DNA of 63,990 nt, the filler included, from Neolecta irregularis DAH-3 (taxonomy: Eukaryota): the NCBI GenBank assembly GCA_001929475.1. It is 8 parts of 8 records of this genome, joined end to end, with 100 filler letters (N's around TTAATTAATTAA, not from the genome) between each part and the next. Parts side by side here need not be neighbours in the genome. Positions count along the whole stretch, not along the records: positions 46,989 to 57,766 come from LXFE01000785.1; positions 57,867 to 61,653 come from LXFE01000787.1; positions 61,754 to 63,990 come from LXFE01000810.1; 5 more parts are not named here. One strand, 5' to 3'. Both the position numbers and the translations under genes were made by a program. Positions 51,217 to 63,479 of this stretch are shown piece by piece. Each line of letters opens with the position of its first letter. Within the stretch, counting starts at the first letter, position 1. The notes below the pieces were generated by a model. That model was not told where the DNA came from and searched no databases. It was given only the letters and a program-made list of their open reading frames with translations.

Positions 51217-52125
51217 CTATTGCCATCGGATGGACTGATGCAGGTGGAGTGTTGGGTTTTATATTGATATTAAGCGAATTTCATCTTGTGAGTTATCATT
51301 AACTCTATGGTATATTCCATGTTTGTATTATTACCAATAAGCAGTGCAATTTATGTTTTAATGTGGTCCATTATTTTCCCAATTAGCTTGTACCAGTTCA
51401 AACCGATAAATTTGGCTGATATTTTGACCAGATCTCAAGCAAAGGATGTTTGCATAGAAGCTATTTCTCAATGTTTTCCAAGAGTAGAAACAGATATGTT
51501 TACCCACTAATTATGATATAGGTACAAATGGGGAAGCAAAAATATAGATTGGAATTTACTATTTATCTATATAAAGGAGTCTGTTGTTCACCAAATATTC
51601 ATCCTTGACCTGCTGAATAGTGGCTGGATTCCTTTTGCCGTTGCCTATCTAGTGTCAGATACCCCACAAGACTATACCTCCCCCAATATTAATGTCCGTA
51701 AATAAGATAACATCTTCACCTGTATGGTAAGAACTATTGTTCTTACAGAAATAATGGGAGGGATAACTAAGAGCGGGTTTCTGGGCATATATAAAAAAAG
51801 GTAGAATATACAAGAGTCTTGTTTGTACTCAGGTTCCACATTTTACACCAACCACAAGTACTGCACTGTCCTTGCGATAGGCAGTGTGTAAGAATATACA
51901 CACGGGAAAGGATTATATCCAGACAGAAATTAGTTTGAATCGGTCTAAGTCTATTGAGACTAATTGTTTGTTAATAATTTAACAGCCTCCATCAAACCAC
52001 AGACGCCGGAAAGCGAATCGCTCTAGCAATGTTTGAGCTTATCGTCGATATTAACCGCCAATCATTGAACACGTGGAGAAATTTAATCAAATACGTCTGC
52101 CGCTCAACCTCCATTCCATCTTACT

Positions 52126-54661
52126 ATGTCACTAATAATTTTGTATCCGGCACTGGGATCAGTTCATATAGTCGAAAGCCGCACGATCTCTTTTCTTGTG
52201 TTCTGCGAAGTTGCGAATATATCCGAAATCGAGTTGTTCACAAATATTGAGCAAGAAGATCTCTGGAAGGCGATTGCTTTTCCTCCACCTGCAAATCAAA
52301 GGTGCCATCTACGCATAGATATTCCGCGGGATACAGATTTTTTCTCGTTTACACTTCGGTATCGATGTGACAAATTGGGGGATTGGAGATGGCTTGGTCG
52401 CGACGATAATAATGGCAGCATCGTAGTCAAACAAGATACGCCTCACCCAACAGAGCTTTCTTCACTCTTTGGCTCAATTTCTGCAGAACAGGAACAATCT
52501 CCTGAAACTGTTTCTGCAAATGTGAATACCTGGACTGTTTCGACATCCGTGCCAGTCTATCATGCTCATGAAGCGATACATCGCCTAGGAACCCCGCGGT
52601 TTATGATTCGATATTTGGTCATTGTGCAGCAAAAGTGCCATTCTTATGTAGATCCTTTGATACTAATGGAACTAGTGCGTATTGGTTATCTCCTTCCTCA
52701 GGGACCACAAAGCTTGTATTTCCGGGGCCCGTGGTTTACCTGCTATATTTACGGAGCGACGGAAGATATGTTCTTGTTCTTCCACTCGCCGGTACATCTG
52801 TAAATCTACTTTCCATAGCTTTTCTAATATCAGAATGAATGTATTTCTCATCTTACGATTGATCACGAATCTTTGTTTTTTTCAACTAAGAATGACTCAG
52901 ATACTCCAGGAAGGGCTTACTGTATAATATCAACAAGCTTTTTGCTTGACAGTCTTTTGCAATGCTCGTTCGGCCTTTTGCGCCGATTGCTGGGAGAGCA
53001 ATCAGCACTATTGACACCGCCCCGGTTATGGGCGTCTGATCTCTTTTATTGCACATGGGAGTCGCTCGGTCGTAATCTCTCATCCGAAAATATTCTCGCA
53101 GCTCTTCAAGATCTACACGATTCCGGAATTCGTGTCCGAGGGATTATCATCGATGATGGATGGCAATCGACTGTATCATACCTTGCTTATGTTCTTCTAA
53201 CTCGAAAAGAACGAGAAACGACAGATGATTTCTTTCGAGGCAAATGCAAACTTCCCCGGTGGGTTGAAACCTTTGATTACCCAGATTCGAACACGATTTA
53301 GGTATATTAATGACATCGGAGTCTGGCATTCGATCGTTGGATATTGGGAAGGCATCTGTCCTTCAGACTTCCCTAAATATACGACAATTAATATGGACGT
53401 CGGCGATTCTTCAGTTTCGATAATTGCACCCAAAGACATTCAAAAGTACTATGATGATTATTACACCTTTTTGAAGAGCCAGGGGGTAAGTTGTGTTAAG
53501 GTCGATGTACAAGGAATATTTGAAACGATCAATCCGGATAAAACTGCCCAGCGAAGGATTTGGCGAGACTACCAAGAGGCGTTAAATGATGCAGTGACAA
53601 AGAATTTCGAGAGGAAGGCTATATGGTGTATGTCAATGGACCCCAAAATCCTATACACCTCGTTATTGAGAAGGGATCTCCCATCTGCAACGTTTAGAAA
53701 CTCGGATGACTACTTCCCTTTAATACCAGTATCCTTTTCCACGTCGCTAATCTTATTCTTACATCTAGCGGAGCCATACCGTGCATGTATATCACAATAC
53801 GTACAACTCCATCCTCACGGGCCAACTTTTTTCAAAGCCCGATTGGGATATGTTTATAACAAAGAATGAATCTGGGGTATACCATGCCGTGTCGAGATGT
53901 CTTTCCGGAAGTCCTGTGATGATCACAGATCCATTGGGAACACATGATCTCAATGTTATATATGCAATGACCATAGGCAAGGGGCGAATTCTACGAGCTT
54001 CGGGACGGTGTATGCCTGTTGATTTATTTATGAATATCAACGATGGAGGAGTCTTGAAGATACGGAATCAGGTTTCTGAGGAGGTCTTCGCCTTAGGACT
54101 ATTTAACCTTGATGACGATGAAGCTGGTTGTCTTGTCGATCTGGCGGATTTTGGTTCAGATGGTCATGTTGACATTTACTACTCCTACTTTACAAAAGAC
54201 ACTGGAAGAGTTGGTGAAATATTTCCCAAAAAGATCTCCTTGGAAAAAGCTGGTGTCGAGCTCTTGACAGGATATAGCCTGAAAGTCGAGGGAGGTATCG
54301 GCGTTGCTTGTCTTGGGTTGGTTGACAAGTATATTTCCTACGTCGCTGTAAAAGAGTGGAAATTTTCAAATCGTAAAATTACAGCCCGACTATTGGGCGT
54401 TGGAATCCTGGGTACCAATAGCCTTCTAATCTGTACGACTAACTTCCAGGCGTATATATTGAGGGCGTCGAGTTATGTTCAGAGTCACTTCAAGTTTGTG
54501 TTGATGGCTCAATGGTTTCTGATGAAACCATCTCAATTAATGAGCATTTGCTGTGCGTTAATTTAAGAAAGGCACCAATATTGCGGTCTGTGGGTATTTC
54601 TGTTTCCATTATTTTGAAAGAACGGGAGAAAGGTGATCTTGGGGAATGGGTGGTCGTCTAA
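52126..54661 (+). CDS. Raffinose synthase/Sip1-like alpha-galactosidase (GH36)
   Basis: YCTWESLG, IIDDGWQ, IGVWHSIVGYWEGI, VKVDVQ, RNSDDYFP, PDWDMF, RCLSGSPVMITD. Confidence 0.92.
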
Positions 54662-54866
54662 AATACAAATAGTTTGTATTTCACGTCATAAATATGCTTG
54701 TTTCATCCTTCAAAATAAATTTCTTCACATGGTTCAAATCCAACAGTGTTGAAAGCTTTTTCATATATGGATTTGAGCACAAATGGAGGGTTATAGATTG
54801 TTTAGCTAAAGAAACCGTGATAGGGTTACGAATGAGCGGATCTGGATGAATATGAAAAGTACCGGC

Positions 54867-56634
54867 TCAGATTGATTTATCACTTTCCTGGTGTTTCAAG
54901 CCCTGCTTAGTTTCTAGTTCCCTGTCCAATGACAATTCCTGCGTTGCCAGACTCGTAATTAAACCTATCGCCGAAAGCCCTGCCAGTGCAAACCACAAGT
55001 GTCGCAGAGCAACCGAGAGACCTTTTTGGAAAGCGAGTCGAATAGGAGGGGGCAATGTTTTGATTAGACCGATTTGACTTATTGCGTCCGAGGCTTCGAA
55101 GCCTGGGACTTTGAACCCATTTTGGAAGATGGAAGAACCGACTGCTACGCCAAAGACTTGTCCAAATGTGCGGATGAAAGCAAATGTGGAGAGCGCGAGG
55201 GGAGTGTCTTCGTTGGAAACTGAACATTGAATGGCGAATGGCGGACCAGCAAAATTGAAGCCTGTACCGATGCCAAGTATCATTAACGGGATTATTCGCC
55301 GCCAGAGGATCAGTTGGGTATTGAGGAATACTAGAGTCAAAGCTCCTATTAGACTGACCGTCCAACCTATCCAGATTGACCAGCGGTATTTACCAATCTT
55401 TTGAACAAGGATGCCCACAGCAGCAGCTGCTGGTGCGGTTGTAAATGTCTGAAAAGTTAGCGAACTGTGATAAGATAGGAGAATACTGAAGGCAATAAAG
55501 CTATACCGCTTCCAACAGGTGTCATTTCCCAAACGCCTTCAAAGTATACAGGAAGGTAGTACAATACTCCCCAAACAATGACTCCATGCAGGAAGACACC
55601 CAGGTAACTTACTGAACCGGTTTGCGTTAAAAATACCTTGACCGGAATGATTGGCTCTGTTGCATATTGGGACTCAACAAACAAGAACAGTAGGAGGCCT
55701 GCTGTGGAGAGGATTAATGGGAGATATGTTTGGTATGACGACCAGGGGTACATTGTTCCACCCCATGTCAATGCCGTTAGAAATGTGGAGATGCACGGAA
55801 CAAAAATGCAGATTCCCAGCCAATCTTTGAAAAGTTAGGTAGGGTAAAGCTATTAATAATATACCAATTCTACGGAATTTTACCGATAAAGGGACAAGTT
55901 CAAGATTGAGATTGAGATATCTTATGATGAGCGGAAAAGATAGAAGGCTTATAGGCAGATTAATCCAGAATATCCATCGCCAGTCATGTTTGGCGAATAG
56001 TCCGCCGATTATTGGACCGATTACCTTTGCAAGAGATCAGAGACGATAAATGTTGGAAAGAGCAGGTACCGTGGCTACAGCCCAGATCATGCCCTGGATA
56101 CCGAAATACAGGCCACGCTCACGGAGAGGGACCAGATCGCAGATGATGATCTCGGTGAGCGAGATAATGCCACCGCTGCCAATGCCTTGGGCTGTTCTTC
56201 CAAGGACAAGCACAGCCATATTCCGTGCAAGGCCGCATATCATTGCGCCCCCGGTAAAGAGCGTGATGGCGGTCAGCACGAGCAATCTTCGCCCAAATAT
56301 CTCCGAGAAGGCGCCAAAAAGCGGAGAAAAAACTTAGGTCAGTTGAGATGGATTATTGAAATACCGCAGGAGGAGAGAAGAAAGGCGATTCCCGCCCAGA
56401 ATGCCATTGTCGTAGTGCCATGGAGGTCAACTGCAATTGTCTGAGCGAGTTGGCGGTGAACGGATGAGCAGATATAAATACAGGCAATGCCACAGACAGA
56501 TCCGTTGCATCCAGGGCTGCCATGAATGTCGATACCACCAGAGTTCCCATCACCATCCAGAACGCAGTTCCCTTCTTCGGCTCGCCGTTCTCGGCCAACG
56601 CAAGGGGTGCTTCGAGAGAGCTGTGCAACGACAT
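54867..56634 (-). CDS. MFS drug:H+ antiporter, 14-TMS (DHA2) type
   Basis: FMAALDAT..SVALP, SEIFGRR, GRTAQGIGSGG, DLVPLRERG, WRWIFWINLP, WGGTMYPWSS. Confidence 0.92.
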
Positions 56635-56944
56635 GGCATAGGTAACAGGGTTGGAGCCTTAGAAGCTATTTTAAACACTAATGCATCAATTTTGGCCATT
56701 TAGCCAAGCAAAAGTGCCTACTAGTCCAATCGCAGGGGTTCTCCGGGTGAAGATAGAACTAGAGAAGGCATAACATCAGAAACAGCGAAAGTCTGATTAT
56801 TCAATCCTCTGGTGGCTTATAAAGACGTATCATCAACCAACCGCATTAACTCCACTGTATGTAGGCTGACAAGGATTGTGAAATGTGTGTTAAAACTAGT
56901 GTCACTAGTTTGGCAGTATCCATGATCTTTATAGAATTATTTAA

Positions 56945-57150
56945 GGGTGAACAAAATCTAAAAGGAATGTTTGAAGCCTAATTGCCTCGTGACTCGTCAG
57001 CATGCCACATACTCCCGGCAACAAGTATACTCTGAGAAAAATAGGAACCGGAATAGGAGACAGAACTTGAACTGATCTAGATAGGACAGCGCGTAAATTA
57101 AAGGAAGTGTAGATAGTAGTAGACAACGAGTGGTGTGGGGAGTCCTTGAC
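56945..57150 (-). repeat. Dispersed repeat family A, diverged copy in reverse orientation
   Basis: rc reads CCGGGAGTATGTGGCATGCTGACGAGTCAC, with upstream similarity to 36530-36660. Confidence 0.7.
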
Positions 57151-57700
57151 AAGGATTTTGAGTGGCGCCAAATAGAGAAAAATATACAATTTCATCAGCA
57201 GTGTGGCCACCTGTCCGCCGGCGGATGGATTTTTTATGCCACCCGCCTTCACTAAGAGATCCAAACCACCCACCTGGAGAATGCTCTGGCAGGCTGTTAG
57301 GTTGTACAGCGGTTTGGCCGTTTCTTCCATGTGATGCTTCTTCAAAGGTCCCCTTTGACTTTCTTGCATTGAATTTGTTGGTAGACCATTAGTTTCGCCT
57401 TTATATTCTGATCCCAATAGTGCTTGTTTCGTTTGGATCCGTTGGCTAGTTGTTCAACTGTGAATTGATTGGCATTTGCTCTAAGTTATGTTCGCAAGAT
57501 TTGTCTCCGATCACGTGACACTGTGATTGTGATGATTCGACGTGAACTTGGGGAGTATGTGCAGCATACTTCACCAACGAAAGAAATGGCCAGATAGAAA
57601 TCATTTTATCTCAGCAATCGTGGTTATTTGGTGAATTTGGCATTGCACCTATATAAATTGTCAAAAGAGACCCCCCGCCCGCCTGCCTGAGGGTCTCCGG

Positions 57701-57766
57701 CAGGGTTCCTAACCGACTGGACCAGACCGACCAAGACCCCTGGTCTGGTCCGTCTGGACCGCTGGA
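57701..57766. mobile_element. Start of a hAT-like element (same family as 10299-10409)
   Basis: CAGGGTTCCTAACCGACTGGACCA terminus; shared TGGTCTGGTCCGTCTGGACCG. Confidence 0.8.
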
Positions 57767-57866
57767 NNNNNNNNNNNNNNNNNNNNNNNNNNNNNNNNNN
57801 NNNNNNNNNNTTAATTAATTAANNNNNNNNNNNNNNNNNNNNNNNNNNNNNNNNNNNNNNNNNNNN
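57767..57866. other. Artificial contig linker
   Basis: N44-TTAATTAATTAA-N44. Confidence 0.98.
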
Positions 57867-57937
57867 TGTTCAGCAAGTTTGGTTAACTTCACATAACACT
57901 GATAAGCGTAACCGCAAAATACGTTTACAACATCCTT

Positions 57938-58044
57938 CCTCTGTCTTCTCAAGAGTATCTTCATATTGGGAGTATGGGGTGTGCTGATGAGTCACAGTTT
58001 ATAAAATGGGGCTTAGCTTAGCTTTTCCTTTTTTTACCTACAGC
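57938..58044 (+). repeat. Dispersed repeat family A, CpG-decayed copy
   Basis: GAGTATCTTCATATTGGGAGTATGGGGTGTGCTGATGAGTCAC... aligns to 36664. Confidence 0.85.
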
Positions 58045-58424
58045 ATTGTGGTATGATAGGGGAAGGATAGGGTATATAATCAGGTATAATAGATAGAGAA
58101 AGAGTAGGACTTAAAGGAAAAAGTATCAGGAAGAGGGCTGTATGCAACTAATCACTGCAGAAGTACTCTGTAGGGAGGAGGGACACACAGGCCAGTAGTT
58201 TGGGCAGGATTTATATATCTTGCAGAAACATGCCTCCCTTGATAAACATTCTAAGTTCATCTGCAGTAAACAGTGAATAATTCTGATACAACAACAATTC
58301 ATGTGGGTAATAATACAGCTAAAAGAACTGTGTCGATGACCGCTACCTGAACATATAAAGATTTCACCAAGTTGTCATATCGATTTGCCAGTAGAACACA
58401 AATCAAGGCAGTAAAGGACAATAT

Positions 58425-58560
58425 AATATACCTGCAACCTCAAATAACTCAGGAACCAAGGTGTATGGGTGCTAAGTATATATAGTGAATAGATGCGCCT
58501 CAGCAAGGGCTATCCATACATATAAGGGTGTAGGACCTTGTGTACTCGAGCAGGGAATTA
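58425..58560 (-). repeat. Dispersed repeat family B, copy 1
   Basis: Aligns with 59826-59950 (AAGTATATA..GCAAG.GCTA..CATATAAGG..ACCTTGTGTACTC). Confidence 0.75.
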
Positions 58561-59528
58561 AAGGTGAAAACAAGAGAATGTTGGAAAAGACTTAGTGAAA
58601 ATTTGGAAATAAAAGGTAGAAAATGGAAAAAGGACATTCTGTTGGTCCTGGCAAAAATTGTGGGTAAGACTACCTCAGGATATATGAAAGGGGAACTAAG
58701 TACCTTTTCTGTGTGATTAATACATTGTCAATTGTTGCACATAAAATCTTGAGGGTGATACTCCATTGATCTGTGTCTATAGAGTCTGAGGTCCCAATCT
58801 TGCATCTGTGTATTTTTGGTTGAGCTTGCCTATAGGGTCATTGTCACAGTTGGGATTGAGGGAGCCTAGGAAAAGACCCTCACTGATAAATATCAGTGCC
58901 TTGTGAAGTATACTCTGTTGACTTTCATCACTGTTCTCAGGTCCTAACTTATTGCATCTGTGCATTTTTGGGATACTAGGGTTTAGGGTCAGTTAGAAGA
59001 CTGTCAGGCTTAAGGGTTGCCCAGGAAAAACTCTCAGAGGGATACATCTGAAGTTTGAGATTATACTCAAGAGAGTCTTAGGAGTAAACCAGAGTCACCT
59101 ATAGTACTTTACTGTATATTGGTTGAACTGGAACCCTACCTCTGTGATATATACATCAAAAGCTAAGGATTATACAGAGTTATACTTTGCAAGTATTACA
59201 ACTCTTCAATCATCTGCAGGAAATTGACATATATTTCCTTCAAGTACCTTAATCCATAATAAAATTCAGGACAGCCTTAGGAACTTCATGTCATTGCTTA
59301 TAGCTCATCCACCACTGACCAAGTGTGCAGTGTAACAACAATGCCTGATAAAATTCATACTATCATCCTAAGGATTCCCACCAGCTAGCATAATCTTCTT
59401 TAGTCCCTAGCCAGTAGAGAATATCATGGAGTTGCTGAAAGAAGTACTTGCAAATTTTGCTGATAATTCTGTAAGATTCCCCTGGGCCACCTAAAGGATT
59501 TGTCCTTAGGAATTGCAGTCTGGTCTAA

Positions 59529-59804
59529 CAGCTGCCAACAATATGAAAATCTGATGTTATTTTTTGCATTTCATGATATACTATAACATTTTTTCATATT
59601 GTAACCTTGTAGAAACAATATAAACTATGTGTTATTTATTGATAGTATAAAAATGTCATAATTTTATCACACTATCAAAAAGTCTATCTTATATCATGTG
59701 ACAAAAATTAAATAGTTACAATATTATTACAAAAGGACTATCTATATATCATATCACATAATATATAATATATGATATTTCTTTTCATATTGTTGCCAGC
59801 ACTG
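59529..59804. mobile_element. AT-rich hAT-like MITE
   Basis: Ends CAGCTGCCAACAATATGAAAA and rc CAGTGCTGGCAACAATATGAAAA. Confidence 0.7.
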
Positions 59805-59825
59805 GCAATAACTAAATATGATCAC

Positions 59826-59950
59826 TTCAACCTTGAATAATTCCAGAAGTGCAATATATGGGCAGCAAGTATATACAGCAAAAAGATCTGCCTTGGCAAG
59901 AGCTACCTATCCATATAAGGTTTGTGGTACCTTGTGTACTCAGAGAAGGA
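59826..59950 (-). repeat. Dispersed repeat family B, copy 2
   Basis: Aligns with 58425-58560. Confidence 0.7.
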
Positions 59951-60329
59951 GAAAAGAGATGAGCCAGGTGAGTGGGTGAGGTGGGAGATATTGGAGAGGT
60001 TAGTGTTAGGAGGGGTGGGCATGGCAGGTGAAGCTGGCAAATTTGAACAGTTTTGATAAAACTATATAATACAATCCATCCCACACTGTAGCTTCACCAC
60101 CCCACAATTCAAAGCCCATTTAAACTTGTTAATTAACTGATAATGAGTCCTCTGGACCAAGACTAGATGATGGTGTATAGGAAGGATGTTGTGGAAAACT
60201 AAGGATGCCATGTTGATTGGGATACTGTTGAACTGGCCTACCAATAGCACTTGGTATATCCTGTAGAGTAGTTAGGACTGTAAAGAAAATCAAAGTTGCA
60301 CTTACTGGGTGTTTTCTATTAATAATGCA

Positions 60330-61123
60330 GCAATTGTCCAATGATTTGATGCATTGAAGCATTTCTCCTGTTTCTGCCATTGTCCTATTCCACCAATCTG
60401 TAAAATCCTGCAGAGCTGATGAAAATAACCTCTCAGCAGAAGTCCCCATTGCTGGAGCTGATGGTATATCAATTGCCATCTTTGACAGTTCAGGAAATCA
60501 CCATCTATGAGCCTGAACTAGCCACCAAAGTAAAGGCCCTGGTGGCCAGTTGGTATAGCATTTGTCTGGAGTATTGCCTCACTACAGTAAATATTATACT
60601 CACTTTCTCCACCAGTTGACAAATCATGCATTTGTCTATCTACCCATAGGTTAAATTCATTTGTTGAAGTATTGGATTTATCCTGCTCTATTGTGACCTG
60701 TGTAATAGCTGGCATCATTGTAGAAACCTTTTTAGCCCAGAATTTATGTACTTGCTCTTTGCTCTGAATAATCCATTCAGGATGATCAATCCACATCCTT
60801 TTGAAATATGCCCACTTCCATCTTGGGTCAAGAACAACTGCAGTAGCATATGCTGGAGAATCATCAGTCTTTGTATAGAATTCATTCAGCTTATTCCAGC
60901 CTGCCTCAACACATATAATGAGCATTGGATTCCCAGCCCATTTTACTCAATAATTTTCAGTGTTGAAGTAAATATTTGAGTGCTGGAATAACTCGATTAA
61001 GGCAGTGGTCAAAGGCCTCATAAGCCTTTGTTGCATGTAGGAATGGCTCCAATAATTCAGATATACTCATAAGTATCTTCCAATTGGCAGTTGAAAGATG
61101 GTCCTTTGTTAAGTCTTCTGAAG
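60330..61123 (-). mobile_element. hAT transposase 3' half, frameshifted
   Basis: LSTANWKIL..LLEPF..AT, AGWNKLNEFYTKTDDSPAY..AVVLDPRWK, dimerisation motif MAID..SAPAM...AERLFSSA. Confidence 0.9.
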
Positions 61124-61587
61124 TTGATTTAAAAGATGATACTTTATCTATGGACGAATGGAAGATATTGGGTGAAATTATGACAATTTTGGAGTCATTA
61201 ATGAGGATGTCAATCAATTTAAAAGGCTGTGCTGCTAGTGGTCAACATGGAGCAGTTTGGGAGGTTATGCCATCAATTATTGTGTTGATGAACCATATGG
61301 AACAGCAATGTGATCATTATGCTACCTTGGTTGACAGTCAATTTTATATAGTTGGGAATCATATTTTCCAGCACCTCACTACAGCAATTAATATTTCTTG
61401 GCAAAAACTTTGAGAATACTATAAGAAATGTGATGATTCAAGTATTTTTGTGTCTGCAATTGTCTTGAATCCAGTATACAATTGGGATTATTTACAAGAG
61501 CAATGGGATGATCAGCCAGAATAGCTCATTAATGCAAAGAAGAAAGTTTCAAATTTATTTTCTACTTACACCACCACATCTCAACCA
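61115..61587 (+). mobile_element. Second, diverged hAT transposase fragment with stops
   Basis: LSMDEWKILGEIMTILE, GAVWEVMP, WQKL*EYYKKCDDS.IFVSAIVLNP.YNWDY. Confidence 0.85.
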
Positions 61588-61653
61588 TGTAAGGATTGAC
61601 TAGCTAGGTGTGTAGCTCAGTGTGATGGTTACACACACAGTCACATGTTCGTC
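61588..61653. mobile_element. Possible LTR start interrupting the hAT fragment
   Basis: Abrupt switch to TGTAAGG..., running into the gap. Confidence 0.3.
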
Positions 61654-61753
61654 NNNNNNNNNNNNNNNNNNNNNNNNNNNNNNNNNNNNNNNNNNNNTTA
61701 ATTAATTAANNNNNNNNNNNNNNNNNNNNNNNNNNNNNNNNNNNNNNNNNNNN
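61654..61753. other. Artificial contig linker
   Basis: N44-TTAATTAATTAA-N44. Confidence 0.98.
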
Positions 61754-63080
61754 GTCGTCGTCGTGGTACGCCCGCCGCCGCCGGCCGCTGACCCCGTTGC
61801 AGGCACCGCCAGGCCGCCCAGAGCTGCCCGCAGACTATCTCGCAGACTGGGGCCCGGACGCCTTCCACATCGCCGCCTATGCGCCCGCCGCCCGCCACAT
61901 CCTGCCGCCAGTCCGCCTGCTGCCGTCCGCCTACCCCCAGAACGACCCCGCCGCCCGCCACGTCTACGAGACCACGCTCACCGTCCACCAGCCCGGAACC
62001 TACGCCCTCAACGGCGAGCTGGAGTACAGCAACTGGGACTGGCTGCTCGCCGCCAAGGACGAGGTGCAGGCCTACACGATGCTGCGCAAGGCCGTAAACA
62101 CCCTGGGTGTCCCCTCCTTTACCGTCGCGGGAAAGGCGCCCGCCCTTCCCGCCTGCGGCTCCCACAGCGACATGTTTCACGGGTACTGGAAGCGCGTCGA
62201 CCACGTGACCCATCCCTTCCCCGACGACTGGAGCTTCACCTGGCAGCCGTACTCCTGCGACCTCGTGGTCACAGACCTCCAAAAGTGTCTCCAGCACAAA
62301 AACATCCAGGTGCTGGGTGACTCAAACACCCGCCGCCATATAAAATTGCTCGTCACGAATGACAAGTGGGCTGCTGATCCAAATTCAGACTTGCAGTGCG
62401 AAGACGACCACTCGGCCGAGCCGCAAAGCTTCGATATCCACTGGCCAGACTATCTCAACACCTGCATGGCCAAAGAGCCTCTGGTTTTTGGTCTGGACAC
62501 AAGCATATACATGGAATTTATTGGCCGGCTAGATCTGGGTGTCTTTTGCCATTGGAGGTACCTTGTCCCTCTGGCCCCGCTAAACTCCAGACCCCTCCTT
62601 TACGACCACGACCCCCCAGACAGCTATAGCAAAGACGCTCAAATCCACGGCTCTCCAAGGCCTATTCCCGGTCGTCCCCTCCCTGATATTCTGTTTGTAT
62701 CCATCGGTGCCTGGGACGTCGCCTTCTCCAGAAATATCTCCGAATTTACCGAAAATGTCGAGGCCTTCCACTATGCATTAACTGCCGCCTACCCTTCTTC
62801 AAAATTCATAATCCGCCTTGCATACACTCTTTGCTGCACCCTCGAAAAAATCGGCGACCGTCGTATCTCCTCACACCGCGTCAAGCTATACAATGACATC
62901 ACGAAAAGAGTCTTCAAAGCGAAAAACGTCTGGTTCTTGGATCCATTTGAGATGGGGGGTCGCGAGGAGCTGCTTACAGATTATAAACCATGCTGGACAA
63001 ATCATGCCAGGGTAAGTCATATGAGATTGGAAAATCAGGTTATGGGGAATATGCTTTGCGGTAAATCGTTTATTCGTTGA
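61754..63080 (+). CDS. SGNH/PC-esterase (NXPE/TBL-like) protein, 5' part lost in the gap
   Basis: Ig-like segment, WQPYSCDL, CLQHKNIQVLGDSNTRR (GDS), GAWD, C-terminal TNH...NQV.GNMLC. Confidence 0.72.
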
Positions 63081-63479
63081 TTCTTACTCGTTGAATTCTT
63101 TACTGATTTGGAAAAGGATGTTGGTGAAATAGATATTATTCAGAGGGTTCAACTTATAATATTACATGAGCTACTCTATGCATAGAAGTGCAAGTATCAT
63201 AGAGTACAATCATGAATTCTCTACAAGGTTGTTTAAATCCATCGAGTTGTGGGTTCCTACACCAAGCCTGTTGCTCAATCTATAGCGCGCAGGAATCCAC
63301 ATGAATCTAGTGATGCAGTCTATTTATCTTTAGTGTACAAGGGTTGACAAGGGTTGAATGATTGGTAAATCGACCCTTTTCTCAGTTCTCATTATCCTTC
63401 CCTTGACCCGTTTCATCTGCCAGGATATTCTTCAGAGTAAGCAAGTAAATTAACAAAAAGTCCTAGCAAGCAAGTCTCA

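Noticed and set aside
56941..57417. 158-aa ORF as a gene
   Set aside because: Non-ATG start, and its 3' half is a copy of repeat family A
61605..61653. tRNA-like TAGCTCAG A-box
   Set aside because: No cloverleaf can be formed and the sequence is cut by the gap
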